64,000 nt of DNA from Curvibacter sp. PD_MW3 (lineage in GTDB: Bacteria; Pseudomonadota; Gammaproteobacteria; Burkholderiales; Burkholderiaceae_C): NCBI GenBank assembly GCA_002633085.1, contig NSIV01000002.1, forward strand, positions 105,602 to 169,601, read 5' to 3'. The notes beneath the pieces are model-generated. The model made no database searches. It was not told where the DNA came from and saw only the letters and a program-made list of their open reading frames with translations. The position numbers and the translations under genes were made by a program. Shown piece by piece: positions 22,088 through 32,532 of this stretch. The stretch's first letter is position 1, and the number at the start of each line of letters is the position of its first letter.

Positions 22088-25072
22088 TCAAGCCGGCAGC
22101 GTGATGGCCTCGATCGGGACCGGCCGGCTGAACAGATAGCCCTGGAACAGGGTGCAGCCGTTGTCCAGCAGAAACTGGCGCTGCCCTTCGGTTTCCACCC
22201 CTTCGGCCACCGCCGTCAGGTCCATGCTGTGCGCCAGCGCCAGGATGGTGCGCACAATGGCGGCGTCGTTGGCATCCTCCAGCACATCGCGCACAAAGGT
22301 CTGGTCGATCTTGAGCTGATCCAGCGGCAGGCGCTTGAGGTAAGCCAGCGAGGAATAGCCGGTGCCGAAGTCGTCGAGCGCAAAGCGCACACCGCAGGAA
22401 CGCAGGGCGCTCATCTTGCGAATGGCATCCTCTACATCGGACAGCAGCACGCTCTCGGTCAGCTCCAGCTTCAAAAGCTGTGGGTCAGCGCCACAGTCGT
22501 GCAGTACTGCCAGCACCTGGGCCACGAAATCGCTGCGCCGGAACTGGCGCGCACTGACGTTGACCGACAGCGTCAGCCCCTGGGTGGCCGCCTGTCCCTC
22601 CCAGATCACCAGTTGCCGACAGGCGGCCTGCAGCACCCATTGGCCGATGGGCAGGATCAACCCGGTCTGCTCGGCCAGGTCGATGAACTCGCCCGGCCCC
22701 ACCAGGCCACGCTGCGGGTGCTGCCAGCGCACCAGCGCCTCAAAGCCGGTGGTGCGTCCCTGCACATCGACCACCGGCTGGTAATGCAACAGCAGTTCCT
22801 GGCGCTGCAGGCCCTGGCGCAGGTCGGCGTCGAGCGCTGCGCGCGCCATCACGGCCGCCTGCATCTCGGGGTCATAAAAACGCAGCGTGTTGCGCCCGGC
22901 CGCCTTGGCCTGGTACATGGCCACGTCGGCACGCTTGAGCAGCTCGTCGGCCCCGGGCTCATGGCCGGAGAACAGCGCGATGCCGATGCTGGGCGTGCTG
23001 CTGTGCTGCTTGCCCATCAGTTCATACGGCTGATTGAGCGAAGCCAGGATCTTCTCGGCCACGATCTCGACCTGGCTGGCCGCCTCGCTGGACTCCTCAC
23101 TCAAGCCTTCGAGCATCACCACAAATTCGTCGCCGCCAAAACGCGCAGCGGTATCCCCCTCGCGAATGCAGCCCACCAGCCGATCCGCCACCTGCTCCAG
23201 CAACTGATCGCCAACGTCGTGCCCAAGCGAGTCGTTCAGGTCCTTGAAATTGTCCAGGTCGATGAACAGCAGCGCGCAATGGTGGTGGTTACGCGCGCTG
23301 ATGGCCATCGTCTGCGTCAGGCGATCCATCAGCAGACGACGGTTGGGCAAGCCGGTCAGCGTGTCATAGAAGGCCAGGCGCTGGGTTTCGTCCTCGGCAT
23401 GCTTGCGCTTGCTGATGTCGCGCCCGATGCCGCGATACCCGCGAAAGCGTCCCTGGGCATCAAACATCGGGGTGCCGCTGATCGAAATCCAGTACGACTG
23501 GCCATCCGCATCCCGCCGCTGCAGCTCCAGATCCTTGAACTGCTGGTGCGCCGCCAGTACCCGGCGGTGCGCCGCCCAGTCCTCCTCGGTCATGTTCACA
23601 GCCCCGATGTCCCAGCGGGACTTGCCGATGCTGTCGTGCGCGGTGGTGGTCGACTTGCCCAGACGGTAGCCATCAAAGCGGGTGAAGCGGAACTGCTCGT
23701 CGATCTCCCAGTACCAGTCGGAGGAGAGATCGGTCAGACTGCGAAAGCGCGCCTCGCTCTCCTGCAGCTGCATCTCGGATTTCTTGCGCTCCGTGATGTC
23801 CGTGAGCGCGCCGTAGGACATGATGTCCCCCTCGCCTTCGATATGGACGACCGCGTTACCCAGCAACCAGCGCTCGCTGCCATCCTTGAAGCGGACGCGG
23901 AACTCGTGGTGCCAGGTGCCACCATCCACTGCCGCTGACTTCATCGAGGCCCGGACACTGGGCAGATCGTCCGGGTGAATGAACGCGAACACAAACGAGG
24001 CATCCTCCCGCGCGTCCTCGGGCCGGATCTGGAACATGCGGAACAAGGCATCGCTGGCGAAGGGGAACGTCATGCGGCCATTGGCCCGCGTGCACATCTG
24101 GAACACCATGTCGGGGATGCGGCTGGTGATTTTCTGGATGAAGTCCAGCCGTTCCTGCAGCGCCTGCCGCGCCTGGTGCTCGTGGGTCACATCCAGCACC
24201 ACCCCGAAATCGGTGCTGCTGCCATCGCGCCGGAACTGCCGGTGCATGCGCGTGCGCAGCCAGAATATCCTGCCATCGGGATGGCACCAGCGGTACTCGA
24301 ACACTTCACCATCCAAGCGCTGGCGCGCCGCCAGGAAAGCAGGCAGGTCATCCGGGTGGGTGTAGCTGCGCGACTCCTGGATACTCATGTCCGGGCTGCG
24401 GTTTATGTCGGCCAGCTTGAGCAGGCCATCGGACCAGTGGATGGTCTGGCCGTCCGTGCTGGCCGTCCAGTGGCCGACACGCGCCAGCCGCTCGGTGAAT
24501 TCATAAAGTTCGAGCTGGGCGCTGAGCTGTTCGTTGGCCCGCTCCAGCGCCATCTCACCGGCACGCAAGGCCTCCTCGGCCATGCGCTCGGCCGTGATGT
24601 CCTTCACGCGCATGAGGATCAGCTTCTCGTCGAACACCTCGATCACCGAGCCGCTGAGCCGGACCAGGCAGGGCGCCCCATCCTTGAGAAACACCGTCGC
24701 CTCCAGGCCGCGCAGCCTGCCTTGCGTGATCAGCGGTGTCAGTGCCTTCTGCCGGGTTTGCGCATCGATCCAGTGATGCAGCTCGACCACGGTATGGCCG
24801 ATCGCCTCTTCGCGCGTGTAGCCGGTCAGGTTCAGCCACTCCTGGTTGACGTCGACCAGCAGGCCATCCGACAGGCGCGACAACACCAGCGCCTCCGGGC
24901 TTTCCTGAAACGCCACGGCAAACAGCCGCTCGGAACGCAGGCGCTGCTCCATCTCGGCAAGGTCCTGCGCGGCGGCCTCTTCGCCCTGGCCCAGGTTCAG
25001 CAGACGCAGCCGCGCCACATCCAGCGCAGCGCGCAGGCGTTTGATTTCCTCGATATCGGCGTCAGATTCCAT
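22088..25072 (-). CDS. Multi-PAS GGDEF-EAL (diguanylate cyclase/phosphodiesterase) signalling protein
   Basis: 994 aa. Repeated PAS/PAC segments, a GGDEF domain (RFGGDEFVVML) and an EAL domain (EALVRW...DDFGTGYSSLAYL...KIDQTFV). Confidence 0.9.
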   Translation of the reverse strand: MESDADIEEIKRLRAALDVARLRLLNLGQGEEAAAQDLAEMEQRLRSERLFAVAFQESPEALVLSRLSDGLLVDVNQEWLNLTGYTREEAIGHTVVELHHWIDAQTRQKALTPLITQGRLRGLEATVFLKDGAPCLVRLSGSVIEVFDEKLILMRVKDITAERMAEEALRAGEMALERANEQLSAQLELYEFTERLARVGHWTASTDGQTIHWSDGLLKLADINRSPDMSIQESRSYTHPDDLPAFLAARQRLDGEVFEYRWCHPDGRIFWLRTRMHRQFRRDGSSTDFGVVLDVTHEHQARQALQERLDFIQKITSRIPDMVFQMCTRANGRMTFPFASDALFRMFQIRPEDAREDASFVFAFIHPDDLPSVRASMKSAAVDGGTWHHEFRVRFKDGSERWLLGNAVVHIEGEGDIMSYGALTDITERKKSEMQLQESEARFRSLTDLSSDWYWEIDEQFRFTRFDGYRLGKSTTTAHDSIGKSRWDIGAVNMTEEDWAAHRRVLAAHQQFKDLELQRRDADGQSYWISISGTPMFDAQGRFRGYRGIGRDISKRKHAEDETQRLAFYDTLTGLPNRRLLMDRLTQTMAISARNHHHCALLFIDLDNFKDLNDSLGHDVGDQLLEQVADRLVGCIREGDTAARFGGDEFVVMLEGLSEESSEAASQVEIVAEKILASLNQPYELMGKQHSSTPSIGIALFSGHEPGADELLKRADVAMYQAKAAGRNTLRFYDPEMQAAVMARAALDADLRQGLQRQELLLHYQPVVDVQGRTTGFEALVRWQHPQRGLVGPGEFIDLAEQTGLILPIGQWVLQAACRQLVIWEGQAATQGLTLSVNVSARQFRRSDFVAQVLAVLHDCGADPQLLKLELTESVLLSDVEDAIRKMSALRSCGVRFALDDFGTGYSSLAYLKRLPLDQLKIDQTFVRDVLEDANDAAIVRTILALAHSMDLTAVAEGVETEGQRQFLLDNGCTLFQGYLFSRPVPIEAITLPA

Positions 25073-25160
25073 GCGTGTTCAAAGGATGACCCAAGATGGC
25101 CGTCTCGGCAAGAGGAATGCCCCCTTGTTGAGGGACATGGTAGCCGAGTGCTTCGCCACG

Positions 25161-28100
25161 TCAGCCGATCTGCTCGGCGGACACCAGTATGAGTTCATGG
25201 ACCGGCACCGGGCGGCCGAACAGGTAGCCCTGGAACGCCCAGCAGCCGTTGTCCAGCAGGAACTGGTGCTGTCCTTCGGTCTCCACGCCCTCGGCCACCG
25301 CCATCAGGTCCATGCTGCGCGCCAGCGCCAGAATGGTGCGCACGATCGCCGCATCGTTGGGGTCGGTCAATACATCGCGCACAAAGGACTGGTCGATCTT
25401 GAGCTGGTCCAGCGGCAGGCGCTTGAGGTAGGCCAGTGAGGAATAACCGGTCCCGAAGTCATCGAGCGAGAAGCCGACACCGATGGAGCGCAGCTCGCGC
25501 ATCTTGCGCACGGCGTCCTCCACGTCGGACAACAGCATGCTCTCGGTCAATTCCAGCTTGAGGCGGTAGGGGTTGGCGCCGGAGGTGCGCAGCAGCTCAA
25601 GCACCTGCTGGGCAAAGTCGCTCTGGCGGAACTGGCGCGCGCTGACATTGACCGCAATGCTCAGGTCGCGTGTAGTCGCGTCGACCGACCAGGCCACGAG
25701 TTGCTGGCAAGCGGCCTGCAACACCCACTGGCCGAGCGGAATGATCAGGCCGGTCTTTTCGGCCAGGTCGATGAACTCGCCCGGCAGGATCAGGCCGCGC
25801 TCGGGATGCTGCCAGCGCACCAGCGCCTCCACGCCAATGGTGGTGCCGTTCTCGTCGACCACCGGCTGGTAGTGCAGACGTAGTTCCTGGCGCTGCAGGC
25901 CCTGGCGCAGGTCGTCCTCCAGCGCCGCCCGGGCCGAGGCCGCAGCCTGCATGCCGGGGTCGAAAAAGCGCAAGGCATTGCGCCCCGCCGCCTTGGCCTG
26001 GTACATGGCCAGGTCGGCGCGCTTGAGCAGTTCGTCCACGCTTTGCAACTGGTCGTGGAACAGGGCAATGCCGATGCTGGGCGTGCTGTGGTGGAAATGG
26101 CCCAGCAGCTCGAAAGGCTGGTTGATGGCTGCCAGGATCTTCTTGGCCGAGGCCTCGGCCTGGAAGGCACCCTCGCCCGCGTAAGGGCTGAGCTCTTCAA
26201 GCATGACCACGAACTCATCGCCCCCCAGGCGCGCCACGGTGTCGATCTCGCGCACGCAGTCGCGCAGGCGCTGCGCCACCTGGCGCAACAGCAGGTCGCC
26301 GACATCGTGGCCCTTGGTGTCGTTGAGGTCCTTGAAATTGTCCAGATCGATGAAGATCAGCGCGCCGTGGCGGCGGCTGCGCGCCACCGTGGCCAGCGCC
26401 TTGGTCAGCCGGTCGGTCAGCATGCGCCGGTTGGGCAGGCCAGTCAGGGCATCGAAGAAGGCCAGTTGCTCGATGCGCTGCTCCACCTGCTTGCGCTGCG
26501 TGATGTTGCGCCCGACACCCCGGTAGCCCAGGAAGCGGCCCTTGTCGTCAAAAATCGGTGCCCCACTGACCGAGATCCAGACGCTGACGCCATCCGGCCC
26601 GACCCGCTCCAGCTCCAGCTCACGGAACACCTCGCGCGCGCGCAGCACGTCGCGGTGCGCCTCCCAGGCCGCCTCGCTCATGTTGAGGGCGGGAATGTCC
26701 CAGCGGGTGCGGCCAATGTCGTCGAACCGCGCCAGCCCGGTACTGGCCTCCAGGTTGCCGTCGATGCGCGTGAAGCGGTACTGGTCGTCGATCTCCCAGT
26801 ACCAGTCGGAAGACAGCTCGGTCAGGCTGCGGAAGCGCTGCTCGCTCTCGCGCAGCCCTTCCTCCACACGCTTGCGCTCGCTGATGTCCATGTGCGTGCC
26901 CACCATGCGCACCGGCAGACCCGCCTCGTCGCGTTCGACCACACGTGCGCGCGCCAGGATCCAGACCCAGTGCCCGTGCTTGTGGCGCAGGCGGTGCTCG
27001 GACTCGAAGTACGGCGTCTCGCCGCGGATATGCTCGCCCAGCGCATCGGTGGCGGTCATCAGGTCGTCCGGATGCAGCATCTCCTGCCACATGGCGCCGC
27101 TCGGATCGATCTCGCCGGCTTCGTAACCCAGCATCTGGCTCCAGCGCGCGTTGTAGGTACGCACATTGGTGACGAAGTTGCGGTCCCACAAACCGAGCGC
27201 AGCACCGCTCAAGGCCAGCTCCAGCCGCTCGGCATTGGCGCGGCGCTCTTTGTCCTGCATGACGGCGTCCTGCTCGCGCACACGGCGCTGGCGCTGGAAC
27301 AGGTGCAGCCCCATCATGGAGGCCAGGGCCAGCACCACATACAGCAACAGCGACAGCCACATGCGCTGGAACCAGGGCAGGTAGACGGCCGAGACGTCGC
27401 GGCTGACCTGGACCACCAGGGGCTTGTCGACCTGGAAACGGGCCGGCCGGATGGTGCGCAGGGCCACCAGACTGTCAACCGCCGTTTCCGTACTGCGGCC
27501 ACGGTAAAAGTTGCTGGTCATGCCGCTGATCTGGTGCTGCTCAAACAGGCCATCGATCCGGCCCGGATTCACGTCGTCCGGCAGCACGCTCCGGCCCACC
27601 TGCAGGAACGGCTGACCGCTTTGCGTCACCAGGGTCGATCGCATGTCGGCGGCATAGAGCACGGAACGCATCACCACGCCGAAGAAGTCCGGGTCGAGCT
27701 TGGCATACACCAGGCCGGCAAAGTTGCCGTCGGCATCCAGCATCACCCGCCCCACCATCAGGCTGACGACGCCACGCGCCCCGACATAAGGCTCCGAGAT
27801 GTAAAGCATCTGCGGGTCCGGCTTGGCCTGCGGCATCGCGAAGAACTCACGCTCGCTGCGGTCGGCTCCGACCAGCGTGTCCACGCTGTTGGCCACGATG
27901 ACGCCACGGCGATCCAAGATGCTGATGAAACGCACGCCGGGCATGGCCTCAGTCAAGGCCTGAAGCCGCTTGGTCGCGCGCGCACTGAAATCGTGGCCTT
28001 TCCAGAGCGGGACTTCCTCCCGCACCCCCTGCAAGGCGCTGTTGACGCCGCCCAGCAGTTGCTCCAGGTATTCGTCCACCACCCGGGCCTGCACCTGGAG

Positions 28101-28250
28101 ACGGTCGCGCTCGTTATGGCTGGTGTTGCGGAAGTCGTGCCAGAGCATGATGCCGAGCAGCACAGCGGCCAGCAGAAAGACCAAGCCCAACGCCAGCCAC
28201 TCGCGGTGCCTGCGTCGTTTCCTGGTGGAGGGCGCTTGTTCCTTGTTCAT
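25161..28250 (-). CDS. Membrane sensor (periplasmic Cache-like region)-PAS-PAS-GGDEF-EAL protein, paralog of the 22088-25072 gene
   Basis: An N-terminal TM helix, a periplasmic segment and a second TM helix, then PAS repeats, RLGGDEFVVML and EALVRW...DDFGTGYSSLAYL. The C-terminal roughly 560 aa align closely with the neighbouring gene. Start at the ATG at 28250. Confidence 0.9.
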   Translation of the reverse strand: MNKEQAPSTRKRRRHREWLALGLVFLLAAVLLGIMLWHDFRNTSHNERDRLQVQARVVDEYLEQLLGGVNSALQGVREEVPLWKGHDFSARATKRLQALTEAMPGVRFISILDRRGVIVANSVDTLVGADRSEREFFAMPQAKPDPQMLYISEPYVGARGVVSLMVGRVMLDADGNFAGLVYAKLDPDFFGVVMRSVLYAADMRSTLVTQSGQPFLQVGRSVLPDDVNPGRIDGLFEQHQISGMTSNFYRGRSTETAVDSLVALRTIRPARFQVDKPLVVQVSRDVSAVYLPWFQRMWLSLLLYVVLALASMMGLHLFQRQRRVREQDAVMQDKERRANAERLELALSGAALGLWDRNFVTNVRTYNARWSQMLGYEAGEIDPSGAMWQEMLHPDDLMTATDALGEHIRGETPYFESEHRLRHKHGHWVWILARARVVERDEAGLPVRMVGTHMDISERKRVEEGLRESEQRFRSLTELSSDWYWEIDDQYRFTRIDGNLEASTGLARFDDIGRTRWDIPALNMSEAAWEAHRDVLRAREVFRELELERVGPDGVSVWISVSGAPIFDDKGRFLGYRGVGRNITQRKQVEQRIEQLAFFDALTGLPNRRMLTDRLTKALATVARSRRHGALIFIDLDNFKDLNDTKGHDVGDLLLRQVAQRLRDCVREIDTVARLGGDEFVVMLEELSPYAGEGAFQAEASAKKILAAINQPFELLGHFHHSTPSIGIALFHDQLQSVDELLKRADLAMYQAKAAGRNALRFFDPGMQAAASARAALEDDLRQGLQRQELRLHYQPVVDENGTTIGVEALVRWQHPERGLILPGEFIDLAEKTGLIIPLGQWVLQAACQQLVAWSVDATTRDLSIAVNVSARQFRQSDFAQQVLELLRTSGANPYRLKLELTESMLLSDVEDAVRKMRELRSIGVGFSLDDFGTGYSSLAYLKRLPLDQLKIDQSFVRDVLTDPNDAAIVRTILALARSMDLMAVAEGVETEGQHQFLLDNGCWAFQGYLFGRPVPVHELILVSAEQIG

Positions 28251-28778
28251 TCTCGGCAGCGCGCATCCTACCCCATGCACACACGCTGTCGAGCGAGTTC
28301 ACCCCCGGAGTTGCCCCAATGCGACAGAGGCGAACTGATACAGTCAGTGCCCAGTCCGCAATCGCAAAAAATCAGGCACACCCTTGGATACCCCGACTCC
28401 CATGATGCAGCATCAAAGGCGCATAGCCTCCAAACCCGCATGAATGCTTGATTTTTTCTGAGACACAATCTTTTTGGCGGCGATTTGGCGGACTTTTTCA
28501 CAGCTCGATAGACGACACCCCTTTCAGGCTAGTTTTTGCACACCACATTGATCGCCAAATTCGCCTGTTAGCGGCCTCCTCTTTGAAACGATGCCCAAAC
28601 TTGGCGGAGCGCCACCGCCGCTTTGACCGAGATGCGATTCCCTCCGCGGACTCGAAGGCGGACGGATCCATATACTCAATTCCAGCAGAACTTAGCTGAG
28701 CTAAACGAGGTTCTTTTCCGTTTGCACTGCCCCTCTCCGCGCGAGCGTGGGCACATTCGACTGGAAGGGACGTGAGCC

Positions 28779-29132
28779 ATGGTGATTTACCCAGACCGCG
28801 AGCCTGACGCCGCGAAGCTTTTGCTCTCGCGGGTCGTCAACCACGTCCGAGCGAGCGACGCGGTTCGCGCATGGAGCGAGGACGTCAACTTCCTCAAAAA
28901 GGCTCTGGACGAAGGCCGCATCGTCGCCATAGTCCACGATGGAACGGGATCCCGAGATTCACAGGAGCCGAACCTAGATTGCTGGCTTTTTCTCCTGCCT
29001 CTTGTGGATGAGTATCGCGGCGCTCAATTTTTCAGGGTCGATGGGCCGTCGCCGAAGGCTTTCGCCGAGCGACTCGCGATCGAGCGTTCAGCGGCCTCGG
29101 GAATAAATGGCTCGGGCTCGCCACGCCTCTAA
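28779..29132 (+). CDS. Hypothetical protein
   Basis: 117-aa ORF convergent with the KAP NTPase gene. No recognisable motif. Confidence 0.35.
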   Translation: MVIYPDREPDAAKLLLSRVVNHVRASDAVRAWSEDVNFLKKALDEGRIVAIVHDGTGSRDSQEPNLDCWLFLLPLVDEYRGAQFFRVDGPSPKAFAERLAIERSAASGINGSGSPRL

Positions 29133-29222
29133 CCAACTTATCTACCGATCTCCAGAAAAGACTTTCAGGTAAGGTCGACGTGCCTGCACAGTGCCTGCTT
29201 GTGCAAGCCGCCCATCCAAGGC

Positions 29223-31400
29223 TTACTCGTCGTCATCGTCAAAGTGCATCCCATTCGGATCCTTGCCCTCGGCAATCGCCTTCATTCCTTGATTAAATCG
29301 CCTCACCGTTGCGCGCTGTCTCTCAGTCAAATTCGGCCTGGACAACAAGCCGTTCACACGCGGCGTGAGCGGCTCCAAGTCCATCGCAGCGGCGAGCGCC
29401 TTCATGGACAGTTGGTATGTCTCGGACACCTTATTGCCCGCTTGCATCGTGCCGGTCGTGACAAACTTGTCCAGCAGCGCCGCGAGCTTGTCGTCATCGG
29501 CCAGCATCGGCTCGAACACTTGGCGAATCCGGGACGCATCGCCCCACCGGCCCCATCGAAGGACGATGAAATCGAGGTCAGGCATTGACATGAGCTCGTC
29601 CAGAGTCGCGCGGTCCAGTCGGCCGCCGACTGTCTTGGACATGCGTTCGGGAAAGCCATCCGAAAGATCAAGCAACGCCTTGGGCGCCTTAGAGGGATCT
29701 TGCTTCGATCGCAATGTGTCGTCGGCCAAATCGACCAAGCTCCAAAGGCCTGGCGAGGTTTCTGCGAGCCCCATGAGCAGCTCCTCGCGTTGGGCAACTT
29801 CAAGGCGCTCGAGCTGTTTGCATACCAACCCAGCCAGACGCCAACGGTTAGGCATAGCAAAGAATCCCCCTCGCTCGTCGGCCTTTCTGAGTAGGAGATG
29901 TCCATTGTCCACAAGAGCCTTGATAAGGTTGGCTGCCTTTCCTGGTTCTAGCTGATCGAAGTCGCGCAAGCGCTCTATAAGGTCGCGAGCTTTGGAATGC
30001 CCATCTGGGAAGACGACATCTTTGGCTTCAAGCAATAACGAGGCGATGCCCTCGGGCGATTTTTGGTTGGCAAGGCGGTCCAGCTCGGCGCGGCTTACGT
30101 GGCCAGGAGGGACGCCGAACTGGAAGTAAACATCGAAGTTCGCCTCACTGCATGGACGCAGCTCCTTGCGCCAACTTCCACTGTCGTTGGAAACGAACCT
30201 GTCCGTCGACAAGACCGCAGCAACCTTCGGGAATATCCTTCCCACGAGGTCCGCAAGCTGTTTCCTCCGCCCCTCAGGCAGCGCCGCTCTCCATGCTTCG
30301 AAATAGGCCTTCTCTTCCTCCTTCTTGTAGTCGAGCTGCGTGGGAGCGCCAATGAAGAACCCCTTGGCGTCTCGAATGCTGCCGTAAACGGCCGGCTCGA
30401 AGACTCTCACAAACTCAAGGGCGATGAAGTCCACTGGGTTGACCTCGCCCGCGACGGGTGGATACGCGACAGATATGGCGTTGAGGATGCGGACGATGTC
30501 TCTCGGCTTCTCGATCAAGCGGTCCAAGCCATCGGAATACACCTCAGCCCAGCGGCTTTGATCAAAAGCGAAAGGCATCGGATGGGCCTCGATGATCGAG
30601 TCCAATCCCTTGAAGAGCTTTTGCTGAAGCTGTTGACGATCGACCGCTGGCAAGTGGAACGGCGCCTGCACGATTTTCTCCAAGTAGGCTTCACCGTCCA
30701 TACGCAGGGAAGTGGACAACGCCTTGGCCACCTCTTCCCTATCAAAAAAGAGAACATAGACGACCTCGGGGAAGTCCGCCAAGGCTTTGATCGCCCGAAA
30801 GAAGTCGCGAGCCTCATCAGGGGTGAGCCGGTCGATGTCGTCGACGAAAAAGACGAAGCGCTTTCCTAGAGACTTCAATGCAGCCGCGGTTTCCTTCTTG
30901 ACCGACGGAACGTCAGTTTTCTTGGTCAGGGCCTTGATGCCTGGGATCCAACTCAGAAGAGCCGCGGCAGGCTTTTTGATCCATCCCCAGCCTGACACGT
31001 CGGCAGCCACGTCAGCGATTTGCTTGGAATACTTGCCGACGAGCGACGCCAAAGGCCGGAGGTATTTGAGCCGATCCGGCAACTGGCTGGCGAACTGGGC
31101 AAGCAACTGCGAAGCAATTTGGTCCCGCCCTTCGAACCACCAGGGATTGAAATCGACGATGACAGGCCTTCGATCCTCGGGCAAATTCTTCAAGTAGTGC
31201 TTGATGAAATTCGCGAGACTCGACTTTCCGCTTCCCCACTTGCCATGGACCGCCAAAACCAAACCTTGCGGGCTCTTGTTGCCTACGATCGCCGTCGCCA
31301 ATCGCGACGCGAATGGCGCATAGCCGTAAGCGTCGTCATCCGGATTCTCCAAGGGAAGATCCGACCCTAACTCCCACGGTTGAATTGCCTCGTCTGCCAT
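29223..31400 (-). CDS. KAP-family P-loop NTPase
   Basis: Walker A GKWGSGKSS and Walker B RFVFFVDDIDRLTPDE with the following FRAIKAL, typical of the KAP family. About 726 aa from the ATG at 31400; the ORF extends to 31460. Confidence 0.8.
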   Translation of the reverse strand: MADEAIQPWELGSDLPLENPDDDAYGYAPFASRLATAIVGNKSPQGLVLAVHGKWGSGKSSLANFIKHYLKNLPEDRRPVIVDFNPWWFEGRDQIASQLLAQFASQLPDRLKYLRPLASLVGKYSKQIADVAADVSGWGWIKKPAAALLSWIPGIKALTKKTDVPSVKKETAAALKSLGKRFVFFVDDIDRLTPDEARDFFRAIKALADFPEVVYVLFFDREEVAKALSTSLRMDGEAYLEKIVQAPFHLPAVDRQQLQQKLFKGLDSIIEAHPMPFAFDQSRWAEVYSDGLDRLIEKPRDIVRILNAISVAYPPVAGEVNPVDFIALEFVRVFEPAVYGSIRDAKGFFIGAPTQLDYKKEEEKAYFEAWRAALPEGRRKQLADLVGRIFPKVAAVLSTDRFVSNDSGSWRKELRPCSEANFDVYFQFGVPPGHVSRAELDRLANQKSPEGIASLLLEAKDVVFPDGHSKARDLIERLRDFDQLEPGKAANLIKALVDNGHLLLRKADERGGFFAMPNRWRLAGLVCKQLERLEVAQREELLMGLAETSPGLWSLVDLADDTLRSKQDPSKAPKALLDLSDGFPERMSKTVGGRLDRATLDELMSMPDLDFIVLRWGRWGDASRIRQVFEPMLADDDKLAALLDKFVTTGTMQAGNKVSETYQLSMKALAAAMDLEPLTPRVNGLLSRPNLTERQRATVRRFNQGMKAIAEGKDPNGMHFDDDDE

Positions 31401-31636
31401 GAACCTTCCCCACCTCGCACAAGAGGTTTTGTTAGTTTTGCGCGCCCGGCTTGATGCCAAGCTATTTGATCTGGAAGATTATGTCGAAAACCGCTTCGGT
31501 GCTTTTCGATCGAGCGCTGATCGCGTCATGGCGCCGGCTCTCCAACCTCGGAGCCATCGTCGCTTCGAGCCTACCGACTTCCAGCAGAACCTACCAGCCA
31601 CCGAAATCAACACCACAGCCCAATTGAAAGCACACT

Positions 31637-32077
31637 TCAGTTTCCCCAACAGGAAGTGAGCTCGAAGGCGGGCTCGAAATCTCCCCGTTGAGCCATGGAG
31701 CGAAGATACGGCGCAACCCATTTCGGAACCGCTTGCTTGTCCCACCACACCAGCGTAACCTCGTGGGCATCTGGACGAAGCAAAGGCAAGAATGGCTGCC
31801 TCAACTCCATTGGAATATCCACTCGTTGAAGGGCGGACACGGAAATTCCGAAGGGTATGAGCAACGACATTTCGATGGCGGTCTCTGGGTCGAAGGCGAG
31901 TTCACCCGCATTGATTTTCCACAACAATATCGGAAACGCCCGGCGGGCAATGTCCCCAAGCTTTTCAGATTCAAAAATTGAAGCTCCGTGCTTGGTCGCA
32001 TGGATAACAAGTTCAGCGGCAATCACACTCGACCTTCTAAGGCATTGAGCTGCATCGGGATCGCAAACATTGTCCAT
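31637..32077 (-). CDS. Hypothetical protein
   Basis: 146-aa ORF on the same strand as, and upstream of, the KAP NTPase. No recognised motif. Confidence 0.4.
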   Translation of the reverse strand: MDNVCDPDAAQCLRRSSVIAAELVIHATKHGASIFESEKLGDIARRAFPILLWKINAGELAFDPETAIEMSLLIPFGISVSALQRVDIPMELRQPFLPLLRPDAHEVTLVWWDKQAVPKWVAPYLRSMAQRGDFEPAFELTSCWGN

Positions 32078-32121
32078 GGCTTCACTTAAACGCCACTGGC
32101 GCCACTAAGTCAAGCTGACCA

Positions 32122-32481
32122 TCAAGCTTTGGGAATTTTCAATTCAGGGTCATGCGTATCAGGACCGCCGCCCGCATCTGGCTGGCCGTATGGAAAGTGC
32201 CCGCTGCACTCGCATCCGCAAAGCTCAGCGATCAAACCCTTGATCTCCGATTTCTCCAGTCTCGACCGATCCGACTCCCGGCAGCATCTGGAATCCATAA
32301 GCTTCTTGATGAGTGGAGCCTTTGCCCTCCCTCGCGCCTGATCAGCGGTCTCATCTTTTCCCGGAACGACAGGTTTCTCATAAGCAGAATATTTAGCTTT
32401 GCATTTCCTCATGCATTCTTCGGAAGCATCCATAAAAAGCCCATTCATTTCAGAACTAATGCATGAGTCCCACTCCCCCAC
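32122..32481 (-). CDS. Hypothetical Cys-containing protein
   Basis: 119-aa ORF on the same strand, 45 bp upstream of the 31637-32077 ORF. Low GC. Confidence 0.35.
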   Translation of the reverse strand: MGEWDSCISSEMNGLFMDASEECMRKCKAKYSAYEKPVVPGKDETADQARGRAKAPLIKKLMDSRCCRESDRSRLEKSEIKGLIAELCGCECSGHFPYGQPDAGGGPDTHDPELKIPKA

Positions 32482-32532
32482 GCACCCACTCGTCCGCGCT
32501 TTACTGATGCCCCGAATCTAACTGAACGGCGC

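Noticed and set aside
26043-28451. An 802-aa plus-strand ORF. Similar long ORFs occur at 22229-23938 +, 23975-25192 +, 8725-10110 +, 13282-14703 -, 2793-3848 -, 15260-15841 - and 21385-21912 -.
   Set aside because: All lie antisense to or out of frame with genes that carry strong family motifs. Their translations are Arg/Ala/Gly/His-rich low-complexity sequence typical of shadow ORFs in very GC-rich DNA.
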